Positions 1 to 11,831 of a DNA stretch of 64,000 nucleotides are shown in pieces. The notes beneath the pieces were generated by a model. It saw only the letters and a program-made list of their open reading frames with translations, was not told where the DNA came from and made no database searches. The translations under genes and the position numbers were made by a program. The stretch's first letter is position 1, and each line of letters begins with the position of its first letter. Source of the DNA: Mustelus asterias (Eukaryota); contig NC_135807.1 in NCBI RefSeq assembly GCF_964213995.1, positions 90,148,001 through 90,212,000 of the forward strand, in the 5' to 3' direction.

Positions 1-3000
1 GGGGGAATAGGAGCGACAGGAGTTGCTACGTCCCCTGCGGGCGCCAGGTCTCTAATGGAGACAGTGTCCTCTCGCCCGTCAGGATATGCCACATAGGCAT
101 ACTGAGGGTTGGCGTGGAGGAGTTGGACCGGTTCGACCAAGGGGTCGGACTTGCGAGCCCTCACATGTCGCCGCAGAAGGACGGGTCCTGGGTACGTCAA
201 CCAGGCTGGCAATGAGGTCCCCGAGGACGACTTCCGAGGGAATGAGAACATCCTCTCGTGGGGAGTAGCATTGGTTGCCGTACACAGGAGGGAGCGGATA
301 GAATGGAGCGCATTTGGAAGGACCTCCTGCCAACGGGAGACTGGAAGGCCCCTGGATTTCAGTGCCAGTAGGACAGCCTTCCAGACTGTAGCATTCTCCC
401 TTTCCACCTGTCCGTTACCCCTAGGGTTGTAGCTCGTGGTTCTACTAGAGGCAATCCCGAATGAGAGCAGGAATTGCCTCAAGTCGTTGCTCATGAACGA
501 CGAGCCCCTGTCGCTATGAATGTAGCAGGGGTACCCGAACAGGGTAAAAAGTTCACTGAAAACCTTAATGACGGTGGCAGTTGATGTGTCCGCACAGGGG
601 AAAACAAACGGAAACCGGGAATACTCGTCTATTATGTTGAGAAAATAGACATTCCGGTCCGTTGAGGGAAGGGGGCCCTTAAAATCCACACTCAGCCTCT
701 CAAAAGGGTGAGTGGCCTTGACCAATTGTGCCCGGTCTGGTCGATAAAAGTGTGGTTTGCATTCTGCGCAAATCCGACAGCTTCTAGTCACTGACCTGAC
801 ATCCTCCACCGAGTAAGGCAGGTTGCGGGCTTTGACAAAGTGGTAGAGTCTGGTGACTCCAGGATGACACAGATCATTGTGGAGAGCCTTCAAGCGGTCC
901 TCCTGCATGATGGCGCATGTTCCGCGTGAGAGGGCATCCGAGGGCTCATTGAGCTTCCCTGGACGATACATAATATCGTAATTATAGGTGGAGAGCTCAA
1001 TTCTCCACCGCAAGATCTTATCGTTCTTGATCTTGCCCCTCTGCGTGTTACTGAACATAAACGCCACGGATCGTTGATCCGTGATCAGGGTGAACCGCTT
1101 CCCTGCCAGGTAATGGCGCCAGTGTCTGACTGCCTCCACAATGGCCTGAGCCTCCTTCTCCACCGCTGAGTGCCGAATTTCTGGGCCTTGAAGGGTGCGG
1201 GAAAAGAACGCGACGGGCCTGCCTGCCTGGTTTAGTGTGGCGGCTAGGGCGAAGTCAGATGCATCACTCTCCACCTGGAAAGGGAAGGATTCATCCACCG
1301 CGTGCATCGTGGCTTTCGAGATGTTGCTCTTCAAAACCTTGAAGGCCAATTGGGCCTCCGGCGTAAGTGGAAAGGTCGTGGACTTAATGAGCGGACGAGC
1401 TTTGTCCGCGTAGTTGGGGACCCACTGTGCATAATACGAAAAAAACCCGAGGCATCTCCTCAGTGCTTTCGTGCTAGCGGGCAAGGGAAGTTCAGTGAGT
1501 GGGCGCATACGGTCTGGATCAGGGCCAATGACCCCGTTTTCCACCACGTATCCGAGGATGGCTAACCTACGCGTACGGAATACGCACTTCTCCCTGTTAT
1601 AGGTCAGATTCAGGCAAGATGCAGTGCGCAGAAAGTGTTGGAGATTCGTGTCGTGGTCCTGCTGGTCATGGCCGCAGATGGTGACGTTATCCAGGTACGG
1701 GAAGGTAGCCCGCAACCCGTTCTGGTCCACCATTCGGTCCATAGCACGCTGGAAGACCGAGACCCCATTGGTGACACCAAATGGAACCCTGAGGAATTGG
1801 TATAGACGACCATCCGCCTCAAAAGCCGTATATTGTCGGTCCTCTGGGCGGATGGGGAGTTGATGGTAGGCGGACTTAAGGTCTATGGTAGAAAACACTC
1901 GGTACTGCGCAATCTGATTGACCATATCAGAAATGCGCGGGAGAGGATACGCATCCAGCTGCGTATAACGATTAATGGTCTGACTATAGTCGATGACCAT
2001 CCGAGATTTGTTCCCGCTTTTGACTACCACGACCTGCGCTCTCCACGGACTAGCACTGGCCTGTATGATCCCTTCCTTGAGGAGCCGCTGAACCTCAGAT
2101 CTAATAAAGATCCGGTCCTCAGCGCTGTAACGCCTACTTTTAGTAGCGATGGGCTTGCAGCCAGGTACCAGATTTTTAAAAAGGGATGGTGTAGTGATTT
2201 TCAGGGTGGATAGATTGCACGCGGGGCGCTTTGGGCAATTTGGAGGCTGCGGCTGATTCCCTACTGCCAGTGAAGGGAGTGGCCCACCGTACTGTAGGAT
2301 CACACTCTTCATGTGGACCATAAAGTTTAGTCCGAGGAGAATTGGCGCGCAAAGGTGAGGTAGCACAAGGAGCCTGTATTGCTCGTAAATTGTGCCCTGT
2401 ACCTCAAGAGTTACCATACATCGTCCTTGGATCGGTACAGACCGGGACCGTGATGCCATGGAAATTGTCTGTTTGGCAGGGAGAATCCGGAGTCCACACC
2501 TTTTAGCAGTTTCAGGGTGTATGAAACTTTCGGTGCTTCCACTGTCAAACAGACAATTCACAGTTCTGCCACTAACCTTTACCTCCATCATAGAATGTTC
2601 CAGTCTGTAATGCCTGGTCTGATCCAGGGAGATCGACGCCACCGTTGGCCCCTGGGCGTCACTGCATGCTGCCGATGTGGATGCTGAGGACCCCTGCTGG
2701 TCGCTCCTAGTCGTCGTGGACCATGATGGCCGCCCCCATGAATCGCACGTGGGTGAGGGCGCCAAGCGCAGCGACTCCTGGTGGTCTTCCTCCTCCTCTG
2801 TCAGCCACGATGGCGCCGTCCTGGGATCGCACGTGGTCGGACCTCGTGGGTACTGCGACGCCGAAAGAGATTGTCTCCGTTCTGGAGGGTTACAAGCTGC
2901 ACTGCCGTTTTTAGGTTTGGACCTGCAGACTTTGCCATAGTGGCCTTTTTTACCGCACTGGCTGCAGATTGCCGTTCTTGCCGGACACTGTTGCCGTGGA

Positions 3001-3671
3001 TGCTTGGCCCCTCCACAAAAATAGCATCGCTGGCCACCTGGAGCTGCCGCCGTCATCGAATCGATCTGGGAGCGCGGGTTAGCGGGGCGAGGAGGGAGTT
3101 GAGCTTGCTCCAACCACGTTGACTGCACGTGGTCCTCGGGGTACAGCGCCAAGCTCTTCGACGCCGCCTCCAACCTCACAGCCATCTCCATTGCCTGGGT
3201 CAAGTTGAGTTTCCCCTTTTCCAGCAATTTAAGCCTGATGTACGAGGACCCTACCCCTGCTACGAACGCGTCTCGGGCGAGGTCGTACATATACTGTTCG
3301 GCGGAGACGTCCTTACAGTCGCAACCCCTGGCAAGCTGCAGGAGTTCATTGGCATAATCCTCCATGGTTTCGCCCGACTGCCGACGTCGTGTAGCGAGGA
3401 GGTAACGAGCATGTATCTCGTTGGGTGGCATAGTGTACCTTTTCTTTAGGAGCTTAGCGGCACCCTGGTAAGTGGGAGCTGCACGAATGGCTAGGTAAAT
3501 CGTGTCGCTTACCCTTGCGTGGAGGACCTGGAGTCTATCACTGTCTGTAGTGATAGCTACCGAGGCTGCCAGGTAGTCCTCAAAGCACTTCCACCAATGG
3601 TCGAATGTGTTAGCTGCACCGACCGCACGTGGGTCCAGTGTCAGACGATCTGGTTTTAGAATCTGTTCCAT
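1..3671 (-). CDS. Gag-Pol polyprotein, single open frame, 3'-partial
   Basis: ATG at 3671 (MEQILKPDRLTLDPR). Motifs read: CYFCGGAKHPRQQC and CSQCGKKGHYGKVC knuckles (~3030-2925), protease LFDSGS (~2550), RT PYLDNVT (1700-1680), RNase H ESDAS...EKEA (~1270-1150), integrase HHCC, SVDFKGP, HSDRG, NGQVER. Knuckle, RT and integrase were checked to be in frame with the ATG. It is probably absent from the ORF track because no stop is reached in the window. Confidence 0.9.
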   Translation of the reverse strand, partial: MEQILKPDRLTLDPRAVGAANTFDHWWKCFEDYLAASVAITTDSDRLQVLHARVSDTIYLAIRAAPTYQGAAKLLKKRYTMPPNEIHARYLLATRRRQSGETMEDYANELLQLARGCDCKDVSAEQYMYDLARDAFVAGVGSSYIRLKLLEKGKLNLTQAMEMAVRLEAASKSLALYPEDHVQSTWLEQAQLPPRPANPRSQIDSMTAAAPGGQRCYFCGGAKHPRQQCPARTAICSQCGKKGHYGKVCRSKPKNGSAACNPPERRQSLSASQYPRGPTTCDPRTAPSWLTEEEEDHQESLRLAPSPTCDSWGRPSWSTTTRSDQQGSSASTSAACSDAQGPTVASISLDQTRHYRLEHSMMEVKVSGRTVNCLFDSGSTESFIHPETAKRCGLRILPAKQTISMASRSRSVPIQGRCMVTLEVQGTIYEQYRLLVLPHLCAPILLGLNFMVHMKSVILQYGGPLPSLAVGNQPQPPNCPKRPACNLSTLKITTPSLFKNLVPGCKPIATKSRRYSAEDRIFIRSEVQRLLKEGIIQASASPWRAQVVVVKSGNKSRMVIDYSQTINRYTQLDAYPLPRISDMVNQIAQYRVFSTIDLKSAYHQLPIRPEDRQYTAFEADGRLYQFLRVPFGVTNGVSVFQRAMDRMVDQNGLRATFPYLDNVTICGHDQQDHDTNLQHFLRTASCLNLTYNREKCVFRTRRLAILGYVVENGVIGPDPDRMRPLTELPLPASTKALRRCLGFFSYYAQWVPNYADKARPLIKSTTFPLTPEAQLAFKVLKSNISKATMHAVDESFPFQVESDASDFALAATLNQAGRPVAFFSRTLQGPEIRHSAVEKEAQAIVEAVRHWRHYLAGKRFTLITDQRSVAFMFSNTQRGKIKNDKILRWRIELSTYNYDIMYRPGKLNEPSDALSRGTCAIMQEDRLKALHNDLCHPGVTRLYHFVKARNLPYSVEDVRSVTRSCRICAECKPHFYRPDRAQLVKATHPFERLSVDFKGPLPSTDRNVYFLNIIDEYSRFPFVFPCADTSTATVIKVFSELFTLFGYPCYIHSDRGSSFMSNDLRQFLLSFGIASSRTTSYNPRGNGQVERENATVWKAVLLALKSRGLPVSRWQEVLPNALHSIRSLLCTATNATPHERMFSFPRKSSSGTSLPAWLTYPGPVLLRRHVRARKSDPLVEPVQLLHANPQYAYVAYPDGREDTVSIRDLAPAGDVATPVAPIP

Positions 3672-3730
3672 ACTCTCTGTTTTTTTTTTCTTGTTGTACA
3701 GCTGTGAGTTTTCTGTTTACTCTATTAAAT

Positions 3731-4025
3731 TGATGCGCGTCAATAAGCACATGGAACCAAGGCTTCGGTATTGAAGGCTTTAATAGAGTAACAATGGAAC
3801 TACTAACACGAATACACCAGTTCAGACTGAAGGGGTCCTGCCGGAGCAGGGGGTCTTATACCTCGCCACCGGAGGCGGGACCCCACTGGAATGTGCCATG
3901 ATAACTCTTATAACAGGTAAACACCCTAACCCAACAACATAGTACAACCCCCACAGTAACAACACCCTAGCCCAACAGTAACATAGTAACAAACCCCAGT
4001 GGTGAACCAACGATGGTTCACCACA
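3731..4025 (-). repeat. 5' LTR (~295 bp)
   Basis: Minus strand begins TGTGGTGAAC and ends GCGCATCA. TATA-like TATAAG at ~3860 and ATTAAA at ~3784-3779. The partner LTR is outside the window. Confidence 0.7.
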
Positions 4026-4445
4026 AACCCCATGTCACACGCCAAGGCATTACAGCACACTCTCCACACGTTTACAGGCTTTATAGGAAACACTCCTCAG
4101 TCACTCCCAGTTTCTAATAGGTTCATGTCACCCCATTATGCAGAGTTGTACGGTCCCATGGCCATCAAAAGCTGCTTCCCTCAGTTTGCAGAGAATTCCA
4201 GAACTGACTGCTAGTGACATGGTCCATTCAGATGATTTTTCCTTCCCCTCCCACCAGAGCAAATCTTCTGGAGTCTTTAGTTTGCCATGGGATGCATCTC
4301 TTGGACCGGAGACCATCATCCCTTCAGCATTCTGCCTGGTGACTCGCCAGTGACTTCTCCACTGTGCTGACCGCACCAACTGCAGTCATTTTCTCCATGA
4401 GACTTCTCTCTCTCTCTTGCTGTTCAAAAACCTGGACAACAAGAA

Positions 4446-4570
4446 TGGGATTTTCTGGCTGCGCTCGCCCCAAGACTGGAAAATCCTGCCCAAGGTCAAC
4501 GGACCTCTGCATGGTCCTGTCCCACCTGCTATGATTCCCATGGTGGGCAGGACAGGAATATTCCGCCCCA
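4446..4570. mobile_element. Short MITE-like element (same family as 12343-12486)
   Basis: GGGATTTTC...GGAATATTCCGCCCC ends. Internal sequence similar to 12343-12486. Confidence 0.45.
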
Positions 4571-4781
4571 AAAGTCTGTCCACAGTCAGCCACCTTGGCT
4601 TTATTTTTGGGTGTGAATATTTTGGACCTCACTTTCAGTAAGTCTTCTGGTTGTTCTTGGACAGTATTTGAAACATATCCTCATAGTTCCTCCATTTTAT
4701 CTCGAATAAACAGACGGTCCAAGCATAATCATCTTATTAAGCCTTGTATTTATAACACTGTTAAATGTAACTTACAATTAG

Positions 4782-5092
4782 AATCATGGAATCATAGAAT
4801 CCCACAGTGCAGAAGGAGGCCATTCGGCCCATCGAGTCTGCACTGACCACAATCCCACCCAGGCCCTATTCCCATAATTCCATGCATTTACCCTAGCTAG
4901 TCCACCTGACACTAAGGGGCAATTTAGCATGGCCAATCCACCTAACCTGTGCATCTTTGGACTGTGGGAGGAAACCGGAGCACCTGGAGGAAACCCACGC
5001 AGACATGGGAAGAATGTGCAAACTCCACACAGAAAGTGACCCAAGCTGGGAATCGAACCTGAGTCCCTGCCACTGTGAGGCAGCAGTGCTAA
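4782..5092 (-). mobile_element. HE1-type V-SINE
   Basis: tRNA-like head, V-domain GGTTTCCTCC..CTCCCACAGTCCAAAGATG, (ATTCTATG)n tail. Confidence 0.9.
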
Positions 5093-5465
5093 ATTCTTCT
5101 TAAAATTCTCATGGTCAAGATGGAATCAACTCTTCCAGATATTACTGATGAGTATCAGAATCTATGATTTGCTAGTTTTTGAGATTCAGTGGAAATTAAT
5201 ACATTTTTAAAAATATTATCTGTGTTATATGAAACCAATGCTGACCATTGCATTTGAAGGGAAGAAAAGGTAGATATGAATAGCAGTTTATTTCCAGGAA
5301 CTTTGGGTCTGACCTTAGTTTTATAGACAAAGAAATTGGACATGATTTTAGATATTATTGTCCCAAATCCACACAATATTTGACAATCAGCATGTCAGGA
5401 ATCATAATTAATATTGACAAGAATTTGGATCAACAAGTAGGAATGTGATTATCTTTTACACTATA

Positions 5466-6008
5466 TGCACTTTCTCAAAAGATTAGGGAAATTTGGCATG
5501 TCAGCTATGACTCTCACCAACTTTTACAGATGTACCAGAGAAAGCATTCTTTCTGGTTGTATCACAGCTTGGTATGTCCCCTGCTCTGCCCAAGACCACA
5601 AGAAACTACAAAGGGTTGTAAATGTAGCCCAATCCATCACGCAAACCAGCCTCCCATCCATTGACTCTATCTACACTTCCCGCTGCCTTGGAAAAGCAGC
5701 CAGCATAATTAAGGATCTCTCGCTTACTCTCTTCCACCTTCTTCCACCAGGAAAAAGATACAAAAGTCTGAAGTCACGTACCAGCCGATTCAAGAACAGC
5801 TTCTTCGCTGCTGCCATCAGATTTTTGAATGGACGTACCTCGCACTAAGTTGACCTTTCTCTACACCCAGCTATGACTGTAACATTACATTCTGCACTCT
5901 CTTGTTTCCTTCTCTATGAACGGTATGCTTTGACTGCATAGCATGCAAGAAACAATACTTTTCACTGTATACTCATACATGTGACAACAAAAATCAAATC
6001 AAATCAAA
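5466..6008 (+). mobile_element. Rex1/Babar-like LINE 3' fragment
   Basis: ORF HFLKRLGKFGMSAMTLTNFYRCT..ESILSGCITAWY, typical of the Rex1 ORF C-terminus. (AAATC)n tail. Confidence 0.75.
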
Positions 6009-6764
6009 GAATGAGCATTATGTCTTAGTCACTTACTTCTTCATGATGCTGTCAGTAAAAATATTGCTTCAATTAAGATTAGGCAGTTGAGTTCTGTTTG
6101 GAAGGAATGCTGTTCGGAATTAGCATGCAAAAATTGCTAAGGGAAAAAAATAGAGTTTGGATTTGTCTGATTTTTTACTCGGTTCATCAATTTGCATTCT
6201 CGAGATTGATTCTGAAAATAAATACTTGAAAATTATTATTTACTCGGCGTCCCAAGAGCACATTTTAAGTTACCAAGCAGTTTGAAAGAAATATGGGTTA
6301 GAGATTGTATATAATTTTTTTGCACGGGGCATCGGGATCGCAATTCATGACTGGCCTGTACCTGGCCAGATCGACAATAAGTCAATTTGGAGTATCCATC
6401 TAATCTAAATGACTGCAACATTGCCCTGAATGCTTCCCGCTCTGTGCTCATCTCCTAAGCATTGCCTGCAGCCTCTGTGCTCAGCAGGGGATCCAGGCAG
6501 CAATTCGGAAGTTTTGCGGTGCAACCAGCCTTCCCTTCTTCAAACCAAGCAGCTCTTTTAAAGGGAAGCTGCACTGAAGAAAATTGCTGAAAACAAAAGT
6601 ATCGGAAAATTGAACACCCAGGGCAGAGCGAGACTTACAACATATTTGATTCAATGCTGGGAGCACTGATGGTGGAGGTAGGCAGGAGGTAGGGTAATTT
6701 TTGATCATTTCTTTTCCTTTGCAAACCTTCTGGAAGTACAGTGCAGTGTTCCCAGAGATTATAT

Positions 6765-6985
6765 CTGTCTGCGTGGGTTTCCTCCAAGTGCTCCAGTTTC
6801 CTCCCACAGTCCAAAGATGTGCGGGTTAGGTTGATTGGACATGCAAATTTGCCCCTTAATGTCAGGGGGATTAGGAAGGTAAATACATGGGGTTACGGGG
6901 GTAGGGCTTGAGAGGGATTGTTGTCGGTGCAGGCTCGCTGGGCCGAATGGGCTCCATCTGCACTGTAGGGATTCTATCTTCTATG
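6765..6985 (+). mobile_element. HE1-type V-SINE, 5'-truncated
   Basis: V-domain and tail match the other copies. Confidence 0.85.
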
Positions 6986-7499
6986 AAAGGTTGCAGCATT
7001 TATGGGACAGCCATGCCACCTTGGAAAGTGATTTTCTTCTCTCCTATGTGTTCGCCATATATTAATTTGAGGAGCACCTGCCATGAACCAGTATTGTTGG
7101 GCAGCATTTTAAGACAAAATTGCAAGAGCATTGCTGTAGATAATAGTCCTTGATATAGTTAAGGGTGATAACTTTATACAATTTGATTAATACAGTTGAA
7201 AATGGGTTTAGCAGTGAAATAAACATTTTAAATCACTGTATAACCTGTGAGTAACCCATTTTAAGTAACTGAAGATGCATTTAGAAAACATAGCAACTAA
7301 ACTTGGACAGCTAAAAGATGATCTGATCATAGTTAAATTGACCTAAGTGTGAAAGACCCCCCTCAGTGAGAGCAAGTTGGCTGAAAGTTGAGAAACTGAG
7401 GCTGAAGAAAATGATAGACATGTGTCAAAATTGGAGATGTTGTGAAACAACAGTTACAGCATACGTATGGCAGAGAGGACCAGAAGATATACAGTCATG

Positions 7500-8418
7500 C
7501 GGAATCTTGGTGGGGCCAAACCGCGAGTATTGTGTGCAGTTTTGGTCTCGTTTTCTGAGGAAGGATGTTCTTGCTCTTGAGGGAGTGCAGTGAAGGTTTA
7601 CCAGGCTGATTCCGGGGATGGCGGGACCGATGTATGAGGAGAGATTGACTAGGTTAGGATTGTTTTTGCTGGAGTTCAGACGAATTAGGGGGATCTCATA
7701 GAAACTTATAAAATTCTAACAGGACAGACAGGATAGATGCAGGGAGGATGTTCCTGATGGTGGGGGAGTCCAGAGCCGGGGGTCACAGTCTGAGGATTTG
7801 AGATAGACCATTTAGGATGGCGATGAGGAGACACTTCTTCACCAAAAGAGTGGTGAGTCTATGAAATTCATTATCACAGGAATCATAGAAACCCTACAGT
7901 GCAGAAAAAGGCCATTTGGCCCATCGAGTCTGCACCGACCACAATCCCACCCAGGCCCCACCCCATATCCCCACATATTTACCCACTAATCCCTCTAACC
8001 TACCCATTTCAGGACACTAGGGGGCAATTTTAGCATGGCCAATCAACCTAACCTGCACATCTTTGGACTGTGGGAGGAAACCGGAGCACCCGGAGGAAAC
8101 CCACGCAGACACGAGGAGAATGTGCAAACTCCACACAGACAGTGACCCAAGCCGGGAATCGAACCCAGGTCCCTAGAGCTGTGAAGCAGCAATGCTAACC
8201 ACTGTGCTACCGTGCTGCCCGAGTTGATGCCAAAACATTGAATGTATTCAAGTGGCGGCTAGATATAGCACTTGGGGTGAATGGGATCAAAGATTATGGG
8301 GAGAAAGCAGGATTAGGCTATTGAATTGGATGATCAGCCATGATCATGATAAATGGCGGAGCAGGCTCGAAGGGCCAAATGGCCTCCTCCTGCTCCTATC
8401 TTCTATATTTCTATGTTT
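7500..8418 (+). mobile_element. CR1/HER1-like LINE 3' fragment interrupted by a SINE
   Basis: EYCVQFWS..LRKDVLALEGVQ peptide and a 3' tail similar to the 18670-21248 LINE. Confidence 0.85.
7882..8220 (-). mobile_element. HE1-type V-SINE, full length
   Basis: Head, V-domain and tail all present. Confidence 0.92.
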
Positions 8419-8429
8419 CTATATTATGC

Positions 8430-10427
8430 TGAGAAGCCAAACGAGCTAAGCAATTGCAGACAAAGGACAGAATGCAAAATACTGCAGAGGACAGCATGCT
8501 TGGGAAAAGAAGGGTTCCCAGCCTCGGGAAAGCAATGTTTTAACTGCAGGAAATGAATCATTTCACCCACAAGTGCTTGACCAGTAAAAAGCAAAACAAG
8601 CTGATACAGGTGGCCACTGGAGGGATTTCAGCAGAAGAGCCTGATGAGGAACTATGCAGGATACAACAGGTTGGTTCAGTCAAGTCTATAGATGGCAAAT
8701 ATTTATGACTGTTACAACGATGACCACAGGGAGAGAGTATCAAACAAACAAGAAGTGTCAGCTAGACACACGTGCCTCATGCAATGACTTTCACAAATCT
8801 GTGTGAAGTGGCTGAACATGGTGATATAAGAATGAAGCCCTCGAAAGTAAGATTGAGGCTAAATGATAGCACGATACTCATAGCAAGAGGACAAATTAGC
8901 CAGATAGTCTAATGCAATGGCAAGAAGGAAAGTCTCAAGTTTCAGATCATATATTGAATACAACTGCCACTCATTTCAGTTGAAGCAAGTCTAAAGCTTG
9001 GACTGGTAACCCTGAATGTGTCAACACAGAAAGGGCAACAAAGGTCCCCAGAAAGAGAGCAGCTAAAGATCCCAGAGAGAGGGAAATAAAAAAAACTCCA
9101 GAACAGAGAGAGACAGAAAACCCCAGAGAGAGGGAAATAATACTCAAGTAAACCACAAGATGGTTGTTGACCACGTCAGTGCAATGAAATGCAGGAACTG
9201 AAGCTAAACTTTGTACAGGAAAATGCTCACACCAAAGCTGAACTGGAAGAGTTAAAGAGCAAGATTCCAGCTGAGTCTATACCTTTGAAAATGCACAATA
9301 AACTGAAGTCTTCAATGAACCAAGCTGTGTGGGATCTGACCAAACAAATTTAAGGGACAACACAAAGGTAGCAGGAGGAAAGAACAGCCCACAATTCCAC
9401 AGTAGGCAGCACAATGTGGGAGTTGAAAACCTGGATATACAGGCACAACTACCAGCAAATATACTCAACTGCTTCACTGCAATCAGCTGCTCAGGGAGAA
9501 ACAATCTCACCAACTGCACTGAGTACACATTACCGGCATGGTGGCACAGTGGTTAGGGGTGGCACGATGATACAGTGATTAGCGCTGCTGCCTCACAGCG
9601 CCAGGGACCCAGATTCGGTTCTGGCCTTGGGTCACTGTCTGTGTGGAGTTTGCATGTTCTTCCCATGCCTGCATGGGTTTCCTTTGGGTGCTCCAGTTTC
9701 CTCCCACAGTCCAAAGATGTGCAGTGGAGGTGGATTGGCCATGCTAAATTGTCCTTTAGTGTCCCAAGATGTTTAGGTTCGAGGGGGGAGTAGAAGGGTA
9801 TATACATGGGGTTACAGGGATAGGGTCTGGGTGGGATGCTCCATCGGAGAGTCGGTGCAGACACGATGGGCCGAATTGCCTGCTTCGGCACCATAAGGAT
9901 TTTATGATCTTATGTTTCTACCATTAATCCCAGAGATCCATGAATCCCAACAACTGCAATGGAACAACAGTCACCAAGGCAACAAGGGCCATGGGAATGA
10001 CATTCTCCAGATAAGGAACATCACTCAGATGTACAGCCAATGCCAATGCACACATGGGCTATTCTGAGATCTGCTTGACTTAAAGACTGAAGCATCTGCA
10101 GTGGTGGACTAGTAGAACAAATAATATTAATGCATGAGAACAGTGGGTGTATAGTAGGATACTTGGGTAAATCGCAATCACACAGGATTGTGCATGCAAA
10201 TGTTTTGTTCATGAGGAAAAGGGGGATCTTTATATCTTTAATTCAAATTTGAAAGGAGGATGTTTGGATTTTAAAACGCTACCAGTCTGATTGACACCTC
10301 AGGGTTTGCAAAGTCATGTGACTATGCCATGAGGCTGTCTCTTAAGCGAAGACATCAAAAAATCATTTCAATAAAGACCTCTCACAGAAACACACTAATG
10401 AAGACTACAGTCTTTATACATGAAACA
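8430..10427 (+). mobile_element. Degenerate, internally deleted gypsy-like LTR element
   Basis: PASGKQCFNCRK*NHF knuckle remnant (~8515-8565), KCQLDT.ASCN protease remnant (~8752-8785), purine tract GAAAGGAGGA followed by a TG...CA segment (10261-10427) containing AATAAA. Confidence 0.55.
9533..9915 (+). mobile_element. HE1-type V-SINE with a duplicated 5' head
   Basis: GGCATGGTGGCACAGTGGTTA precedes a second head. V-domain and tail present. Confidence 0.88.
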
Positions 10428-11414
10428 TGTCTGATCTAAGGCAGCATGCTCTGTTATTCTGTTTGCTTGGTGGATGGGTTCTTCGACGCTACATTTTTTT
10501 TCTTATTCTGTTTCTTGATTTACCTTTTCAAGTGAGCTCTTGAATTTTTGAGTGCCTTGCATTTGTCAGGTGCTGTGATGTCTGTAAAATTTAAAGTTTT
10601 ATCCATTTAGTGAGACTTGCTGTTTGAGACTTGATTCACTGAACACATGTAATATCATTCATAGCTTGTCCCTGCTTTACATTGGTATTCTCTTCAGTTT
10701 AACCCTCTTGTCAGTGCTTACTTCCAACATTAGCATTGCTGCTATCTTCAGCTTGTCTCTGTAACTGCAAGCAGCATTCAACAAGGACATTTCATTGGGT
10801 TTACCTTGACAAGAATTCTTGCACAGGGAAGAAAGATTGGTGACCGGAAAGTTAGATAACTGTCGCTTACCTACCTGTGTCGTAGGTATCATAAGACTGA
10901 GTCACAACTAGTGATATTTTTCATACTGAGGGGAATATGCTTTTACCACCTATGGTTGAACCAGAAGTTGGTCAGTCAGTTGGGTTATCTACTTAGCCTC
11001 ATTGGAATATTTATTGGGTTGGCTCCCCTTCCCCATCCTGCCTCTGTTAAACCAGACATGGGCGATTGAGAGACAGTTGTGGTTGGTTTTAATTGGGTTT
11101 TAATTTTAGCATCTCTGCCAATCGACCTCACCCATTTTTGGGTATTAAGGATTAGCCCAATTCTTTTCAGTAACATGGATTATCTACAGTCCCAACTTCT
11201 ATTTACACCATACGTTTTTAAAAAATACAATTGAGTTCAAGGTGAAAGAAATTCGCATCCTTGATTTGAAGCATCACGCAACTTTAGAAATAACTGTGTG
11301 GGGAATGTAATTTTGACAATGCTATGGTGTAAAACAAGTAATAATGTATCAGAAGCATGTTTTACAACATCTCCGATTTATTTTCATCAGCTTCAATTTG
11401 TTAACGATAGCAAC

Positions 11415-11680
11415 TTGCATTTGCATACCATTTTTAGCATATTAAATCATCTCAAGGAGCGAGTGCTATCAAACTATATTTAACACTGACCAACACAAGA
11501 TATTAGATAGATGATAAAAAGCTTGGTCAAAGGGGTAGATTGAAAGGAGTGTCTCCAGGTAGGACAGATAGGTAGAGAGGAAAAGAGGTTTAGGAAGGAA
11601 ATTTCAGCACTTTGGGCCTCAGAAGGTAGAAGTACAGCCATCAAGATTAAACAATCACCCATTTTGTCATGTTGCACAAA
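11415..11680 (-). mobile_element. Old L2-like LINE 3' fragment
   Basis: Resembles the 60740-60990 segment. Family assignment is from memory of shark repeats. Confidence 0.4.
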
Positions 11681-11831
11681 ATCAGAATTTCTTCATCTTA
11701 CCTGTATATTGGAAGGCCCAAGAACTCTCCACTCACTTACAAATCTTTGAAATAGTACTTAGACCAAATGATTACAAATTTTGATAACTGACTTCAGCTT
11801 ATCAGAATGTAAAGTCTAATGGATGCAAACT

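Larger units (their letters stand above)
1..4025 (-). mobile_element. Ty3/gypsy LTR retrotransposon (Mag-like), 5' LTR plus gag-pol, continuing beyond the window start
   Basis: Domain order Gag(2xCCHC)-PR-RT-RNaseH-IN on the minus strand. Upstream LTR is bounded by TG...CA. Confidence 0.93.

Noticed and set aside
79-3449. Short ORFs listed across the LTR element
   Set aside because: They are antisense or alternative-frame shadows of gag-pol.
7882-8220. tRNA genes at SINE heads
   Set aside because: The tRNA-derived A/B boxes belong to HE1 SINEs. No complete cloverleaf was seen.
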